Assembly: GCA_965197725.1 (NCBI GenBank)
Contig: CBDANQ010000023.1
Span: 1 to 38,731, forward strand
Reading direction: 5' to 3'
From: Longimicrobiales bacterium
GTDB taxonomy: Bacteria > Gemmatimonadota > Gemmatimonadetes > Longimicrobiales > Gaopeijiaceae
DNA length: 38,731 nucleotides
Of the stretch, positions 1 through 9,699 are shown one piece after another (position 1 is the first letter of the stretch; each line of letters begins with the position of its first letter). The notes under the pieces were generated by a model. The model searched no databases. It saw only the letters and a program-made list of their open reading frames with translations, and was not told the DNA's origin. The translations under genes and the position numbers were made by a program.

Positions 1-1481
1 GACCACGGATGACCCGCTCAAGCAGCGGGCGGGTGTGAGTGGTGGGCTCACCATCGATGCGTCGGGCGCGGAGACGCACACCACGATCATCTCGATCGGT
101 CCGAGCACGCTCGAGCGAGGCCTGATCTGGGTCGGCACCGACGACGGTAACGTTCAGATCACGCAAGACGGTGGAGAGCGCTGGCAAAACGTGCGCGACA
201 ACATCGTGGGGCTCCCACACGGTATCTGGATCCCGGACGTGCAACCATCCAAGCACGAGCCTGGTCGCGCATACGTCGTGGCAGAGGACCACCGGCGGGG
301 CAACTGGGCGCCGCACGTGTATGTGACCGAGGACTTCGGGGCGACGTGGACGTCACTGAGCTCACCCAGCATTGCCGGCTTCGTGCACGCCATCGAGGAG
401 GACCCGGAAAACCCGAACCTGCTCTTCCTGGGCACCGAGTTCGGGCTGCGTGTGAGCTTCGACCGAGACAAAGCTGGGAGAAGTACACTTCGGGCGTGCC
501 TGCAGTCCCCATTCGCGACCTTGTCGTGCATGCGCGCGATGCTGACCTGGTGCTGGGCACGCACGGCCGAGCGCTGATCGTGTTGGACGACATCCGGCCG
601 CTGCGTGAGTTGGCGGAGGACCCGTCGATCCGTGGCGCTACGGTGCACGTGTTCGGCCCGCCTCCGGCGTACGACCGTAGCATCGCGGAGGCGATCGGCT
701 ACCCGCTCCACCGGGCATGCCATGCAGCAGGCCCAGACTCGGGCGAACGGCGCGATCCTCACGTTTTGGACAGCCGAGGGTGGGAGCTGCCGATGTGGCA
801 ATCACCAACGAGGAGGGGACGCTCGTCTACTCGCGCCCCCTGTCGGCAACCGCTGGAACGAACCGCTTCGTATGGGATCTGCTCCCGGGAGGAGACTCGG
901 ACGAGGCCGTATTTCCACGCCAGATGCCGGTCTTTCCGGGCACGTATCAGGTCGCGGTGACCGCCGGAGACCTGACTTCCGCGACCAGTCTCAGCGTGAT
1001 GGGCGACCCGCGGAACCCGGTCAGCACGGAAGACCTGGTCGCGAAACGGGACGCGCTGCTCGAGATGTCGGCGATCATCCAACGAGAGAGGGACGCGCGT
1101 CAGGAGCTCACGCGTCTTGTGCGCGCCGTCGAGACCGTGCTCGAGACGCTCGAAGAAGACGCCGAGGCGCTGCGCGAGCAGGGTGAAAGGTTGCAGGGCG
1201 AACTCCAGGCGCTGAACGAAAGGCTCTTTACCGGCCCCGAGTGTCAGGGTGGGTGCGGTGGGGACGTCGTGGCCGACTTGATCGACCGTCCCATGTCACG
1301 GATCACGGGTGAGACGGGTGGGCCCTCTCCCAACACCGTCCGCATGATGAACCAGGCCCGCGCAGCCGCAGGCACCATCGAAAACGAGCTCGCGGCGATC
1401 TCGGACGGACCGGTCGCAGCCTACAGCGCGGCGCTACAGGCGGCGGGTTACACACCGTTCGGAGGCGAGCCAAGTCGATGA
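1..1481 (+). CDS. C-terminal part of a BNR/Asp-box beta-propeller (VPS10/sortilin-like, 'glycosyl hydrolase') protein; 5' end outside window; three apparent frameshifts (~467, ~703, ~783)
   Basis: Motifs IWVGTDDGNVQITQDGGERW, YVTEDFGATW, LLFLGTEFGL, DLVLGTHGR. Homology continues across ORFs 35..577, 346..960, 605..1186 and 717..1481, switching frame at short G/C runs, and ends in a coiled-coil tail. Confidence 0.8.
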
Positions 1482-2392
1482 TGGGTAAAGCGCTGCTCTG
1501 GGCTTCCACGAACCCTCTGCTCGCCGAACGGCTCCCGCGATACGCCTTCGTGCGACGTGCGACCCGGCGCTTTCTGGCAGGTGAGACGCTGGACGAAGCA
1601 CTGAACGAAGCGGCCCGACTCGCCGACAGTTCGATCACCGGCACGGCGACGCTGCTCGGCGAGGATATCAAGGCCGAGGAAGAAGCCGACGCAGTGCTCG
1701 AGCACTACCTCGGGGCCCTAAAGTCAATCGGCGAGCGCGGCCTCGATGTGGAGATCTCCGTCAAGCCGACGCAGCTCGGGCTCGACTTCAGCGTAGACCG
1801 GACACAGGCGCGCATCGTTCGGCTGCTCGAGGCGTCTACGGCGCCTTTGTGGATCGACATGGAGAGGTCCGGCCATGTAGACGCAACGCTCGACATCTTC
1901 AAGAGCGTGCTTACAAAATACGGCGACGTCGGGCTTTGCCTGCAGTCGTATCTCCACCGCACCACGGAAGACCTGGAAGCACTACTGCCGCTCGACGCCT
2001 CCATTCGGCTGGTGAAGGGCGCCTACGCCGAACCTGCCAGCGCCGCCTATCCAAAAAAGGCGGACGTCGACCAGAACTTCGTCCGACTCACAGGCATGCT
2101 CATGCGCGCTCGAGCGAGCGGAGGGAAGGGACGTCCCGTCATCGGCACGCACGACCCGCGCATGGTCGGTGAAGCCACTCGGCTGGCGTACGAGCTCAAC
2201 CTGGAGAAGGGCAGCTACGAGTTCGCGATGCTCTACGGCATCGATCGGGCTCAGCAGGTGCGGCTGGCACGTGGGGGGCACAGAATGCGCGTGCTGCTCA
2301 GCTACGGCCCGTCGTGGTTCCCATGGTATATGCGTCGCCTGGCTGAACGGCCCGCCAACGTGTTCTTCGTCTTGAAGCAGCTCATCCGGTAG
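1478..2392 (+). CDS. Proline dehydrogenase (monofunctional PRODH family)
   Basis: Motifs ISVKPTQLG, WIDME, LQSYL, IRLVKGAY, GTHD, EFAMLYG, YMRRLAERPAN; ATGA overlap with upstream gene. Confidence 0.9.
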   Translation: MMGKALLWASTNPLLAERLPRYAFVRRATRRFLAGETLDEALNEAARLADSSITGTATLLGEDIKAEEEADAVLEHYLGALKSIGERGLDVEISVKPTQLGLDFSVDRTQARIVRLLEASTAPLWIDMERSGHVDATLDIFKSVLTKYGDVGLCLQSYLHRTTEDLEALLPLDASIRLVKGAYAEPASAAYPKKADVDQNFVRLTGMLMRARASGGKGRPVIGTHDPRMVGEATRLAYELNLEKGSYEFAMLYGIDRAQQVRLARGGHRMRVLLSYGPSWFPWYMRRLAERPANVFFVLKQLIR

Positions 2393-3603
2393 TGGCTGGG
2401 CCTGGGGACACGGACGCCGACCCCGGACGGTGGCGCGCGCTCGCGCTGGTCTCGGTGGCGATGATGCTTTCGCTATCGGCGTGGATGGCGGCGACCGCTG
2501 TGGGCCCCGAGCTCCAGCGGCGCTGGGGACTCAGCGCGAGTCAGGTGGGGTGGCTCACCACCGTCGTGCAGCTCGGCTTCGTAGCCGGCACCGCGGTCGG
2601 TGCGCTCCTGAACCTCGCCGACGTGCTCTCCTCGCGCGCCTACTTCGCCACCTCGGCACTGCTGGCCGCCGTGGCGAATGCCCTCCTTTTGGTGGTGCCG
2701 GGCTTCGGCTTGGCGCTGGCGGCACGCTTCGCGACTGGTTTCTTCCTTGCCGGTGTGTATCCACCCGGCATGAAGATGATCTCCACGTGGTTCGTATCGG
2801 CTCGCGGCTTCGCCATCGGGACGGTCGTGGGGGCCCTCACGGTGGGGAAGGCGACCCCATACCTGCTGAAGTCTCTCGGCGGGCCGACCGTGACCGAGGT
2901 GGTCGCGGGCGCGTCGATCGCCGGGCTTGCCGCCGCCGTCCTCATCGCGGTCGGCTACCGGGACGGGCCCCATCCGTTCCCGCGGCGTGCCTTCGAACGG
3001 ACACGTGTAGCGCGGCTGCTCAGGCATCGTGAGACGATGCTCGCGACCGCTGGCTATCTAGGTCACATGTGGGAGCTGTACGCTATGTGGACCTGGGTCC
3101 CGGCCTTTCTGGTGGCAGCGGCCGGAGCCGACGTCTCCCAGCCCGCCATTGACCTCGTCGCTTTCGGCGCGATCGCGGCCAGCGGCCTCGGTTGCGTCTG
3201 GGGCGGTGTTGCCGCGGACAAGATGGGTCGACCGCGTGTCGTGCACTTTGCGATGACGGTCAGCGGAGTCTGCTGCATCGTCGCGGGCTTCGCTTTCGAC
3301 GGCCCGTTCGTGTTGCTGGCCCTGCTGACCTGGGTCTGGGGCCTCTTCGTGGTCGCCGATTCGGCGCAGTTCAGCGCCATCGTCACGGAGGTCGCGCCGC
3401 CCGACTCCGTGGGTACAGCTCTGATGCTGCAAACCTCCGCGGGCTTTCTCCTGACCATGGTCACGATCCAGGCTGTGCCGCCTATGGTCGAGGCCGTCGA
3501 ATGGCGCTGGGCCTTCGCCTTCCTTGCCCTCGGCCCAGTCGTCGGTATCATGAGCATCCTTCGTCTCGCCCGCGTGCGACCTTCGTCTACACCGGCGGGT
3601 TGA
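2392..3603 (+). CDS. MFS transporter
   Basis: 403 aa with about 12 hydrophobic segments; motifs GVYPPGMK, GYLGHMWELYAMW, VADSAQFS typical of one MFS subfamily. Confidence 0.88.
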   Translation: MAGPGDTDADPGRWRALALVSVAMMLSLSAWMAATAVGPELQRRWGLSASQVGWLTTVVQLGFVAGTAVGALLNLADVLSSRAYFATSALLAAVANALLLVVPGFGLALAARFATGFFLAGVYPPGMKMISTWFVSARGFAIGTVVGALTVGKATPYLLKSLGGPTVTEVVAGASIAGLAAAVLIAVGYRDGPHPFPRRAFERTRVARLLRHRETMLATAGYLGHMWELYAMWTWVPAFLVAAAGADVSQPAIDLVAFGAIAASGLGCVWGGVAADKMGRPRVVHFAMTVSGVCCIVAGFAFDGPFVLLALLTWVWGLFVVADSAQFSAIVTEVAPPDSVGTALMLQTSAGFLLTMVTIQAVPPMVEAVEWRWAFAFLALGPVVGIMSILRLARVRPSSTPAG

Positions 3604-3663
3604 ACATCGAGATAGGTTCTAGGCGAGTCTCGCTGATCCGACCTACCGCACGGAGGACGAAAA

Positions 3664-4932
3664 ATGGCCGGCCTTCCAGACAACTGGCTGACCTTGATTG
3701 CCGGTCTCCTGATCCTCGTCGTCGTCATGGGACTCTCCGATTGGCTCACGACGAGAATCATTCAGGCCACGGTGCGCCGGGTCGCCGCTCGCACCAAGTC
3801 GACCTGGGACGATCGGATCATCGAGAGGAAGGTCTTCGCCCGGATAGCGCACGTCGTGCCGGCGGTCCTCGCGTACTACGGGATCGGCCTGGCGCTGGGA
3901 GTCACGCCGGCCGACATCGTGAGCGCCACGGACCCGAGCGCCCTCACCACGACACCGGCCGCCCTCATACTCCTGACGACGTTGGTGCAGCGCACCTCGC
4001 TCGCGTTCATCGTGGTGACGGTTGCGGTGGCTTTCGCCTCGTTGCTGGAGGCAGCGAACGACATTTACAACGAGTCGTACACGGACGCGAAGAGTCGCCC
4101 GATCAAGGGCTACTTGCAGGTCGTGAGCTTGCTCTCCTACATCGCCGCCGGAGTGGTGGTCGTCTCGGTGCTCGCACAGGTTTCGCCCGTTGCCTTTCTC
4201 TCCGGGCTCGGCGCGCTCACCGCGGTACTCATGCTCGTGTTCAAGGACACGATCCTGTCGCTGGTGGCGAGCATCCAAATCATGTCGAACGACATGATCC
4301 GGATCGGAGACTGGGTCGAAGTGCCCCAGTCGAATGCCGACGGCGACATCATCGACATCGCGCTACACACGGTCAAGATCCAGAACTGGGACAAGACGAT
4401 CTCGACCATACCCACGCACAAGTTCATCGGGGAGTCGTTCAAGAACTGGCGAGGAATGAGCGAGTCCGGTGGGCGGCGCATCAAACGCGCGATCAAGCTC
4501 GACGTGAACACCATCCGCTTCCTCACCGAGGAGGAGATCGAACGCCTATCGCGCTTCGAGGTGCTGCGCGGCTACATGAGGCAGAAGAGGGAGGCGCTCG
4601 CGGAGCATGACGCGTCCAGCGAAGGCTCAGACTCCGACCTGATCCCGGAGCGACGCAGGCTCACCAACATCGGGACGTTCCGCGCCTACGTCCTCAACTA
4701 TCTGAAGGCGCACCCGAGCATCCACGACGGTATGACGCTGCTCGTGCGTCAGCTCGTGCCGGACCCTCAGGGTGTCCCGATCGAGATCTACTGCTTTTCG
4801 AATGATACCGACTGGGGGAACTACGAAGATCTGCAGGGGGACATCTTCGACCACCTCTTCGCGCTTCTGCCCGAGTTCGGGCTGCGAGCGTTCCAGGAGC
4901 CGGCAGGCAGCGACTTCGCGAAGCTCGGTTAG
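3664..4932 (+). CDS. Mechanosensitive channel, MscS family (YbdG/MscM-like)
   Basis: GLGALTAVLMLVFKDTILSLVASIQ, GDWVEVP, VKIQNWDKTI, FKNWRGMSESGGRRIKR, LTNIGTFRAY; RBS GGAGG upstream. Confidence 0.92.
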   Translation: MAGLPDNWLTLIAGLLILVVVMGLSDWLTTRIIQATVRRVAARTKSTWDDRIIERKVFARIAHVVPAVLAYYGIGLALGVTPADIVSATDPSALTTTPAALILLTTLVQRTSLAFIVVTVAVAFASLLEAANDIYNESYTDAKSRPIKGYLQVVSLLSYIAAGVVVVSVLAQVSPVAFLSGLGALTAVLMLVFKDTILSLVASIQIMSNDMIRIGDWVEVPQSNADGDIIDIALHTVKIQNWDKTISTIPTHKFIGESFKNWRGMSESGGRRIKRAIKLDVNTIRFLTEEEIERLSRFEVLRGYMRQKREALAEHDASSEGSDSDLIPERRRLTNIGTFRAYVLNYLKAHPSIHDGMTLLVRQLVPDPQGVPIEIYCFSNDTDWGNYEDLQGDIFDHLFALLPEFGLRAFQEPAGSDFAKLG

Positions 4933-4951
4933 CGGCCCACTGCGCGGGCTG

Positions 4952-6526
4952 CTAGCCTAGCCCCCGAGGCGTCACCGAGCGTTCGGCGACGCTCAACGCC
5001 CCATCCACGAGTAGAGCCAATACGGCCGCCGGGATGGCGCCGGAGAGGATCATGTGCGTGTTCGAGAGCGCCAGCCCGGCCACGATCGGATCACCGAGTC
5101 CCCCGGCACCGATGAAGGCGGCCAAGGTCGCCGTACCGACGTTGATGACCGCCGCGGTCCGAATGCCTGCCATGATTACGGACGCCGCGAGCGGGAGCCG
5201 GACGTATCGCAGCAGCTGGAGCTCGGTCATGCCGAGGGCGCGAGCCGAAGCCACCGCGGCTGGGTCGGCATCCCGGACTCCGGTATAGGTATTTCGGACC
5301 ATCGGGAGCAGCGAGTATAGGAAGAGCGCTGCCACGGCCGGCGCCACGCCGATGCCGAGGAACGGGATCATGAACGCCAGCAGCGCGATGCTCGGGATCG
5401 TCTGCAGCAGCCCGACCGCCCGGATCGTACCCTCCGCCGCTCGGCGCACCCGCTCCAGGAGCAGCGCGAGCGGCACGGCCACCAGGATGCCCGCGATCAT
5501 CGATAGCGCGACCAGCAGCAGATGCCTCCGGGCCTGCCCAGCGGTTTCGGCTCGTCGGGACCAGAGGTAAGCGAGCAGCGAACCGTCTCGTGCCACCAAA
5601 CCGGACTCCACCTCGCCCCCGGCCCCGACCAGCCCAAGGACCGAAAGCGCATCGTGCGCGACGGCGCCGACATCCTCACCGTCGACCTCGACGCGGCGGT
5701 TCAGTTCCCTCATCGTCACCTCGTCGATACGGCCGGAAAGCTCCGTCAGCGCGGCGAGGGCCGCCGGCCGTTCCTCGGCCAGGCTCGAGCCGACGAGCGC
5801 CGCGGCGTCGTAGGGCGGAAAGAATTGGCGGTCGTCTCGCAGGACCGTGAAGCCGTAGCGCGCGATCTGTCCGTCGGTTCCGTACCCGTCGATGACATCG
5901 ACTTCCGCGGCCTCCAGCGCCTGATATTTCACGGCCTGCAGGAGCGCTCTCACCTCCCGCGGCTCGAAGCCGTACTCGGCTCGCAGGCCGGGAAGGCCGT
6001 CCGCCCGCCCAATGAAGTCCGGACTGAGGCCCGCGATCAACACTCCCCCCTCCCGGGCCAAGTCCGAGAGCGTGGACAAACCCAGCGAGTCGGCCGTCGA
6101 GCTTCGCACCGCGATCGCATAAGTGTTCTCGAACCCGAGTGGCGGCAACCAGCGCACGCCCCATCGGGCACGGAACGCTTCGGCCACGCGTCTGTACGCC
6201 TCTTCACCCGTGGGTGGCGGGTCTTCGCCCAGGATCGCGAGCAAGCCGGTGCCGGTGTATTCGGGATACACGTCGATGTCACCCTGGCGCAGCGCGTCGA
6301 ATGCGATTTGCGTCGCGCCGAGGCCCGGTCGGCGCTCGACGGCGAAGCCCCGCGCTTCCAGCAGGCGGGCAAACATCTCACCGAGAATGAACGACTCCGC
6401 GAACGGCTTCGTGGCCACCACGATCGAGCGATCCGTCTGGGCCCCGAGCGCGAGCACGGCACCCGGGAAGAACGACGCAGCTATCAACCACGTGTAAACG
6501 CGCCGAACGCGCATGCCCGCCTTCAC
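4952..6526 (-). CDS. ABC transporter fusion: N-terminal OpuAC/OsmF/EgtUC-type substrate-binding domain plus C-terminal permease
   Basis: Signal-like N-terminus; binding-domain motifs YPEYTGT, GFENTYA, DGYGTD, FFPPY; permease motifs QTIPSIALL, ARALGMT (EAA loop), IGAGGLG. Confidence 0.9.
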   Translation of the reverse strand: MKAGMRVRRVYTWLIAASFFPGAVLALGAQTDRSIVVATKPFAESFILGEMFARLLEARGFAVERRPGLGATQIAFDALRQGDIDVYPEYTGTGLLAILGEDPPPTGEEAYRRVAEAFRARWGVRWLPPLGFENTYAIAVRSSTADSLGLSTLSDLAREGGVLIAGLSPDFIGRADGLPGLRAEYGFEPREVRALLQAVKYQALEAAEVDVIDGYGTDGQIARYGFTVLRDDRQFFPPYDAAALVGSSLAEERPAALAALTELSGRIDEVTMRELNRRVEVDGEDVGAVAHDALSVLGLVGAGGEVESGLVARDGSLLAYLWSRRAETAGQARRHLLLVALSMIAGILVAVPLALLLERVRRAAEGTIRAVGLLQTIPSIALLAFMIPFLGIGVAPAVAALFLYSLLPMVRNTYTGVRDADPAAVASARALGMTELQLLRYVRLPLAASVIMAGIRTAAVINVGTATLAAFIGAGGLGDPIVAGLALSNTHMILSGAIPAAVLALLVDGALSVAERSVTPRGLG

Positions 6527-7263
6527 GCCACCCCCACCGTTTCGAGCAACGCGCGGACGTACGGTGTTGCGGGGGTCCCACGCACATCGGCCGGGCTCGC
6601 GACCTGTTCGATCCCGCCGGCGCGCATCACCGCGACTTCGTCGGCGAGCTCAAAGGCCTCACGCAGGTCGTGCGTCACGAGCAGCACCGTGATGCGAATC
6701 TCCTCTCGCAGACGGGCAAAGGTACGCTGCACGTCGACACGGGTGATCGCATCGAGCGCCCCGAAGGGCTCATCGAGCAGAAGAGTGCCAGGCTCGTCGG
6801 CGAGAGCCCGGGCGAACGCCGCGCGTTGACGCTGACCCCCCGAGAGTTCTCGCGGCCACCGGCCGCCGAAGTCCTCGACGGGCAAGCCGACCATGTCCAG
6901 AGCTCGAGACGCAACGGCGTTGGCCTCCGTACGGCCGCGCAGCCAGGGCACCATCTCCACGTTGCGCAACACGCTCCAGTGCGGAAGCAATCCAGCGTCC
7001 TGCTGCACATAGCCGAGCGAGCGGCGGAGCTCACCCGTGTCGCGGGCCGAGACGTCGGCGCCGCCCACGAGCACGCTCCCCGAATCCGGCTCCACCATGC
7101 GGTTGAAGCAGCGGAGCAGCGTGGTCTTGCCCGAGCCGCTCTCACCGACCAGTGCGACGCACGAACCGGTAGCCACGGTCAGCGACACCCCGGCCAGCGC
7201 CGGCACGTCGCCGTAACGCTTGCTGACGTCGTGGGCCTCGAGTGCCGCAGTAGTTTCGACCAT
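6523..7263 (-). CDS. ABC transporter ATP-binding subunit (OpuA/ProV/EgtUA-like, no CBS domains)
   Basis: Walker A GESGSGKT, signature LSGGQRQR, Walker B LLLDEPFGALD, VTHD. Start moved to ATG 7263 (MVETTAALE) because the longer ORF overlaps egtB. Confidence 0.9.
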   Translation of the reverse strand: MVETTAALEAHDVSKRYGDVPALAGVSLTVATGSCVALVGESGSGKTTLLRCFNRMVEPDSGSVLVGGADVSARDTGELRRSLGYVQQDAGLLPHWSVLRNVEMVPWLRGRTEANAVASRALDMVGLPVEDFGGRWPRELSGGQRQRAAFARALADEPGTLLLDEPFGALDAITRVDVQRTFARLREEIRITVLLVTHDLREAFELADEVAVMRAGGIEQVASPADVRGTPATPYVRALLETVGVA

Positions 7264-7356
7264 CGCGTGCCTACGGAACCTCGCCGCAAGTGGGAACCAG
7301 ATCACCATGGGGATCGTTACCTTACCCAGTCCCGCGCACTTCCTCCATACATCGCC

Positions 7357-8679
7357 ATGGATATCCACGTCGGCCGCCGACTCACCAGTGCCGAGATCTC
7401 GAGCCTCCTTTCCGAAGCCCGTAGCCGCACACTCCTGCTCACGGGCGTGCTCTCGGACGAGGACCTGCGTCTTCAGCACGACACGCTCATGAGCCCGATC
7501 GTGTGGGACCTAGGACATATCGGACACTTCGAAGAAACTTGGCTCGTCGACAACATGGCGAATGGGAGTACCGGCTCCGAGGGACTGCGCGGGATCTACA
7601 ATCCGTTTGCGAATGCGCGTGCGCTCCGGCACGACCTGCCGCTGCCGAGCCGGTCCGAGTGTCGCGGTTACCTGGACACGGTGCGCCGAACGGTCCTGGA
7701 ACGCTTGGCCTCGACCGACCTCGGGGCCGATGAGCCGTTGCTCCGTGACTCGTTCGTATACCGTATGGTCCTCCAGCACGAGTACCAGCACAACGAGACG
7801 ATCCTGCAGACGCTTCAGCTCAAGCGAGGCGATCCGTATGCTGCCCCGGAGCGGGGCGAGGCTCCGGCGGTGGAGACCGACGCGCCGCTCCCTGGCACCA
7901 TGGTACGCTTCCCCGGCGGCAGTGTCGTGTTGGGTACCGACGATCGCTCGATCGCGTACGACAACGAACGGCCGCGGCACGAGGTCACGCTCGAAGCGTT
8001 CCGGATCGACGTGCATCCGGTCACCAACGGAGAGTACCTGGGCTTCCTCGAGGACGCGGGCTACGAACGTCGCGACTTCTGGTCCGACGCGGGCTGGGCG
8101 TGGAAGCAAGAGGCGGACTTGGTCGCGCCCGCGTCCTGGCTGCGACGGGGCGATGACTGGTACGAGCGCTCCATGGACCAAACGGTATGCCTGGAGCCCA
8201 CGATCCCGGTCTGTCACATCTGCTACTGGGAGGCCGAGGCGTACGCGGCCTGGGCGGGCAAGCGGCTCCCGACCGAAGCGGAATGGGAGGCGGCGTCCTC
8301 GTGGGACCCGGGGACCGGCACGAAGCGCCTCTACCCATGGGGCAACGTGGCGCCGAGTGGAGAGCGAGCGAACCTCGATGCGATGCTCTTCCGACCGGCG
8401 AAGGTGGGCAGCTATCCCCAGGGGGTCTCGCCGATCGGATGCTGGGGGATGATGGGCGACGTGTGGGAATGGACCTCGACGGACTTTTGCCCATACCCGG
8501 GCTACGAGACGTTCCCGTACCCCGAATACTCGGAGGTCTTCTTCGGCAACGAGTACAAGGTGCTGAGGGGCGGAGCGTGGGCGACGCGCTTCGGGGCGAT
8601 TCGGAACACGTTCCGCAATTGGGACTACCCCATCCGCAGGCAGATCTTCAGCGGAGTGCGGTGTGCGCGAGACGACTGA
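7357..8679 (+). CDS. egtB: Ergothioneine biosynthesis sulfoxide synthase EgtB (DinB + FGE-sulfatase domains), gamma-Glu-Cys type
   Basis: Iron-binding WDLGHIGHFEE and QHEYQHNET, RxxR (RALR), YPEYSEVFF, and C-terminal FRNWDYPIRRQIF matching mycobacterial type I EgtB; start ATG 7357. Confidence 0.9.
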   Translation: MDIHVGRRLTSAEISSLLSEARSRTLLLTGVLSDEDLRLQHDTLMSPIVWDLGHIGHFEETWLVDNMANGSTGSEGLRGIYNPFANARALRHDLPLPSRSECRGYLDTVRRTVLERLASTDLGADEPLLRDSFVYRMVLQHEYQHNETILQTLQLKRGDPYAAPERGEAPAVETDAPLPGTMVRFPGGSVVLGTDDRSIAYDNERPRHEVTLEAFRIDVHPVTNGEYLGFLEDAGYERRDFWSDAGWAWKQEADLVAPASWLRRGDDWYERSMDQTVCLEPTIPVCHICYWEAEAYAAWAGKRLPTEAEWEAASSWDPGTGTKRLYPWGNVAPSGERANLDAMLFRPAKVGSYPQGVSPIGCWGMMGDVWEWTSTDFCPYPGYETFPYPEYSEVFFGNEYKVLRGGAWATRFGAIRNTFRNWDYPIRRQIFSGVRCARDD

Positions 8680-9676
8680 GGGATTAGCGAGTGACACGGG
8701 GGTACGCGTGCGGATGCCGAGCGATCCTCATGAGCGGTCGGTGATGCTCGCCGATGTGCTCGCTGGGCTCCGCCTTCCTCAGAAAGAGCTGTCGCCGAAG
8801 TACTTCTACGATACGCGTGGCTCGGAACTCTTCGAGCGGATCACGCGCCTGGACGAGTATTACCCGACCCGGACCGAACGCGCCCTGCTCGAGCGATGGA
8901 TGCCGATGTGGGTGAACGAGCTCCGCCCAGCGGCACTAGTCGAGCTCGGAGCAGGCAGTGCGGAAAAGTCGAGGATCGTGCTCGACGCGATGAGCGCCCA
9001 CGAGACCGGCAATCTGTACGTGCCCCTCGACGTCAGCGGCGAGTTCCTGCACGAAACCGCGCAGCGCCTGCGCATCGAATATGACGGCCTGCAGGTCGAG
9101 CCGGAGGTCGCGGACATCACCGAGCCTCTCGAGATTTCGGTACCGCTGCCTCGACCGTCCTGGCTGGCTCTGCTGGGCAGCACCATCGGGAATTTCGATC
9201 CCACGAGCGCCGTGCGACTGCTGCGCCGGGTCGCTCGTCAGCTGCGGCCCGGTGACCGATTCCTCATGGGCACGGACCTCCGCCCAGGTAACAGAAAGAC
9301 CGTGCGAAGGGTCGAGCTGGCCTACAACGACGCGGCCGGCGTCACGGCAGACTTCAACCTCAACGTGCTTCGTGTCCTCAATCGCGAGCTCGGAACCGAC
9401 TTCGATCTCGACGCCTTCGAGCACCGAGCCTTCTACGCGGCCGATCATGGCCGCATCGAGATGCACCTCGAGGCGCGCCGCCCACAAGTCGTGACATTTC
9501 CCAACGGTGCTGGATCCGTTCGCATCGCACGCGGTGAGTCGATCCGAACCGAGATCAGCTGCAAGTACGATCGCCCTGCCATAGAACGCCTTTTCTCCGC
9601 CGCGGGACTCATCGTTGAGCGTTGGGTGGAGGACTCACAGGGCTTCTTCGCGCTGATCTTGGGGACGCGGGCGTAG
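8663..9676 (+). CDS. egtD: L-histidine N-alpha-methyltransferase EgtD (start codon uncertain)
   Basis: KELSPKYFYDTRGSELFERIT, EYYPTRTE, VELGAGSAEK, GSTIGNF, AYNDAAGVTADFN, IRTEISCKY. Confidence 0.93.
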   Translation: MRETTEGLASDTGVRVRMPSDPHERSVMLADVLAGLRLPQKELSPKYFYDTRGSELFERITRLDEYYPTRTERALLERWMPMWVNELRPAALVELGAGSAEKSRIVLDAMSAHETGNLYVPLDVSGEFLHETAQRLRIEYDGLQVEPEVADITEPLEISVPLPRPSWLALLGSTIGNFDPTSAVRLLRRVARQLRPGDRFLMGTDLRPGNRKTVRRVELAYNDAAGVTADFNLNVLRVLNRELGTDFDLDAFEHRAFYAADHGRIEMHLEARRPQVVTFPNGAGSVRIARGESIRTEISCKYDRPAIERLFSAAGLIVERWVEDSQGFFALILGTRA

Positions 9677-9699
9677 GGGCAGCGTCCACCGCACCCCCC

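Noticed and set aside
6670..7356. N-terminal extension making EgtB 669 aa
   Set aside because: It is the antisense shadow of the ABC ATPase; EgtB similarity starts near ATG 7357.
7357..8679. SenA (selenoneine) or OvoA (ovothiol) instead of EgtB
   Set aside because: No senB/senC/selD nearby, no C-terminal methyltransferase domain, and egtC/egtD are adjacent.
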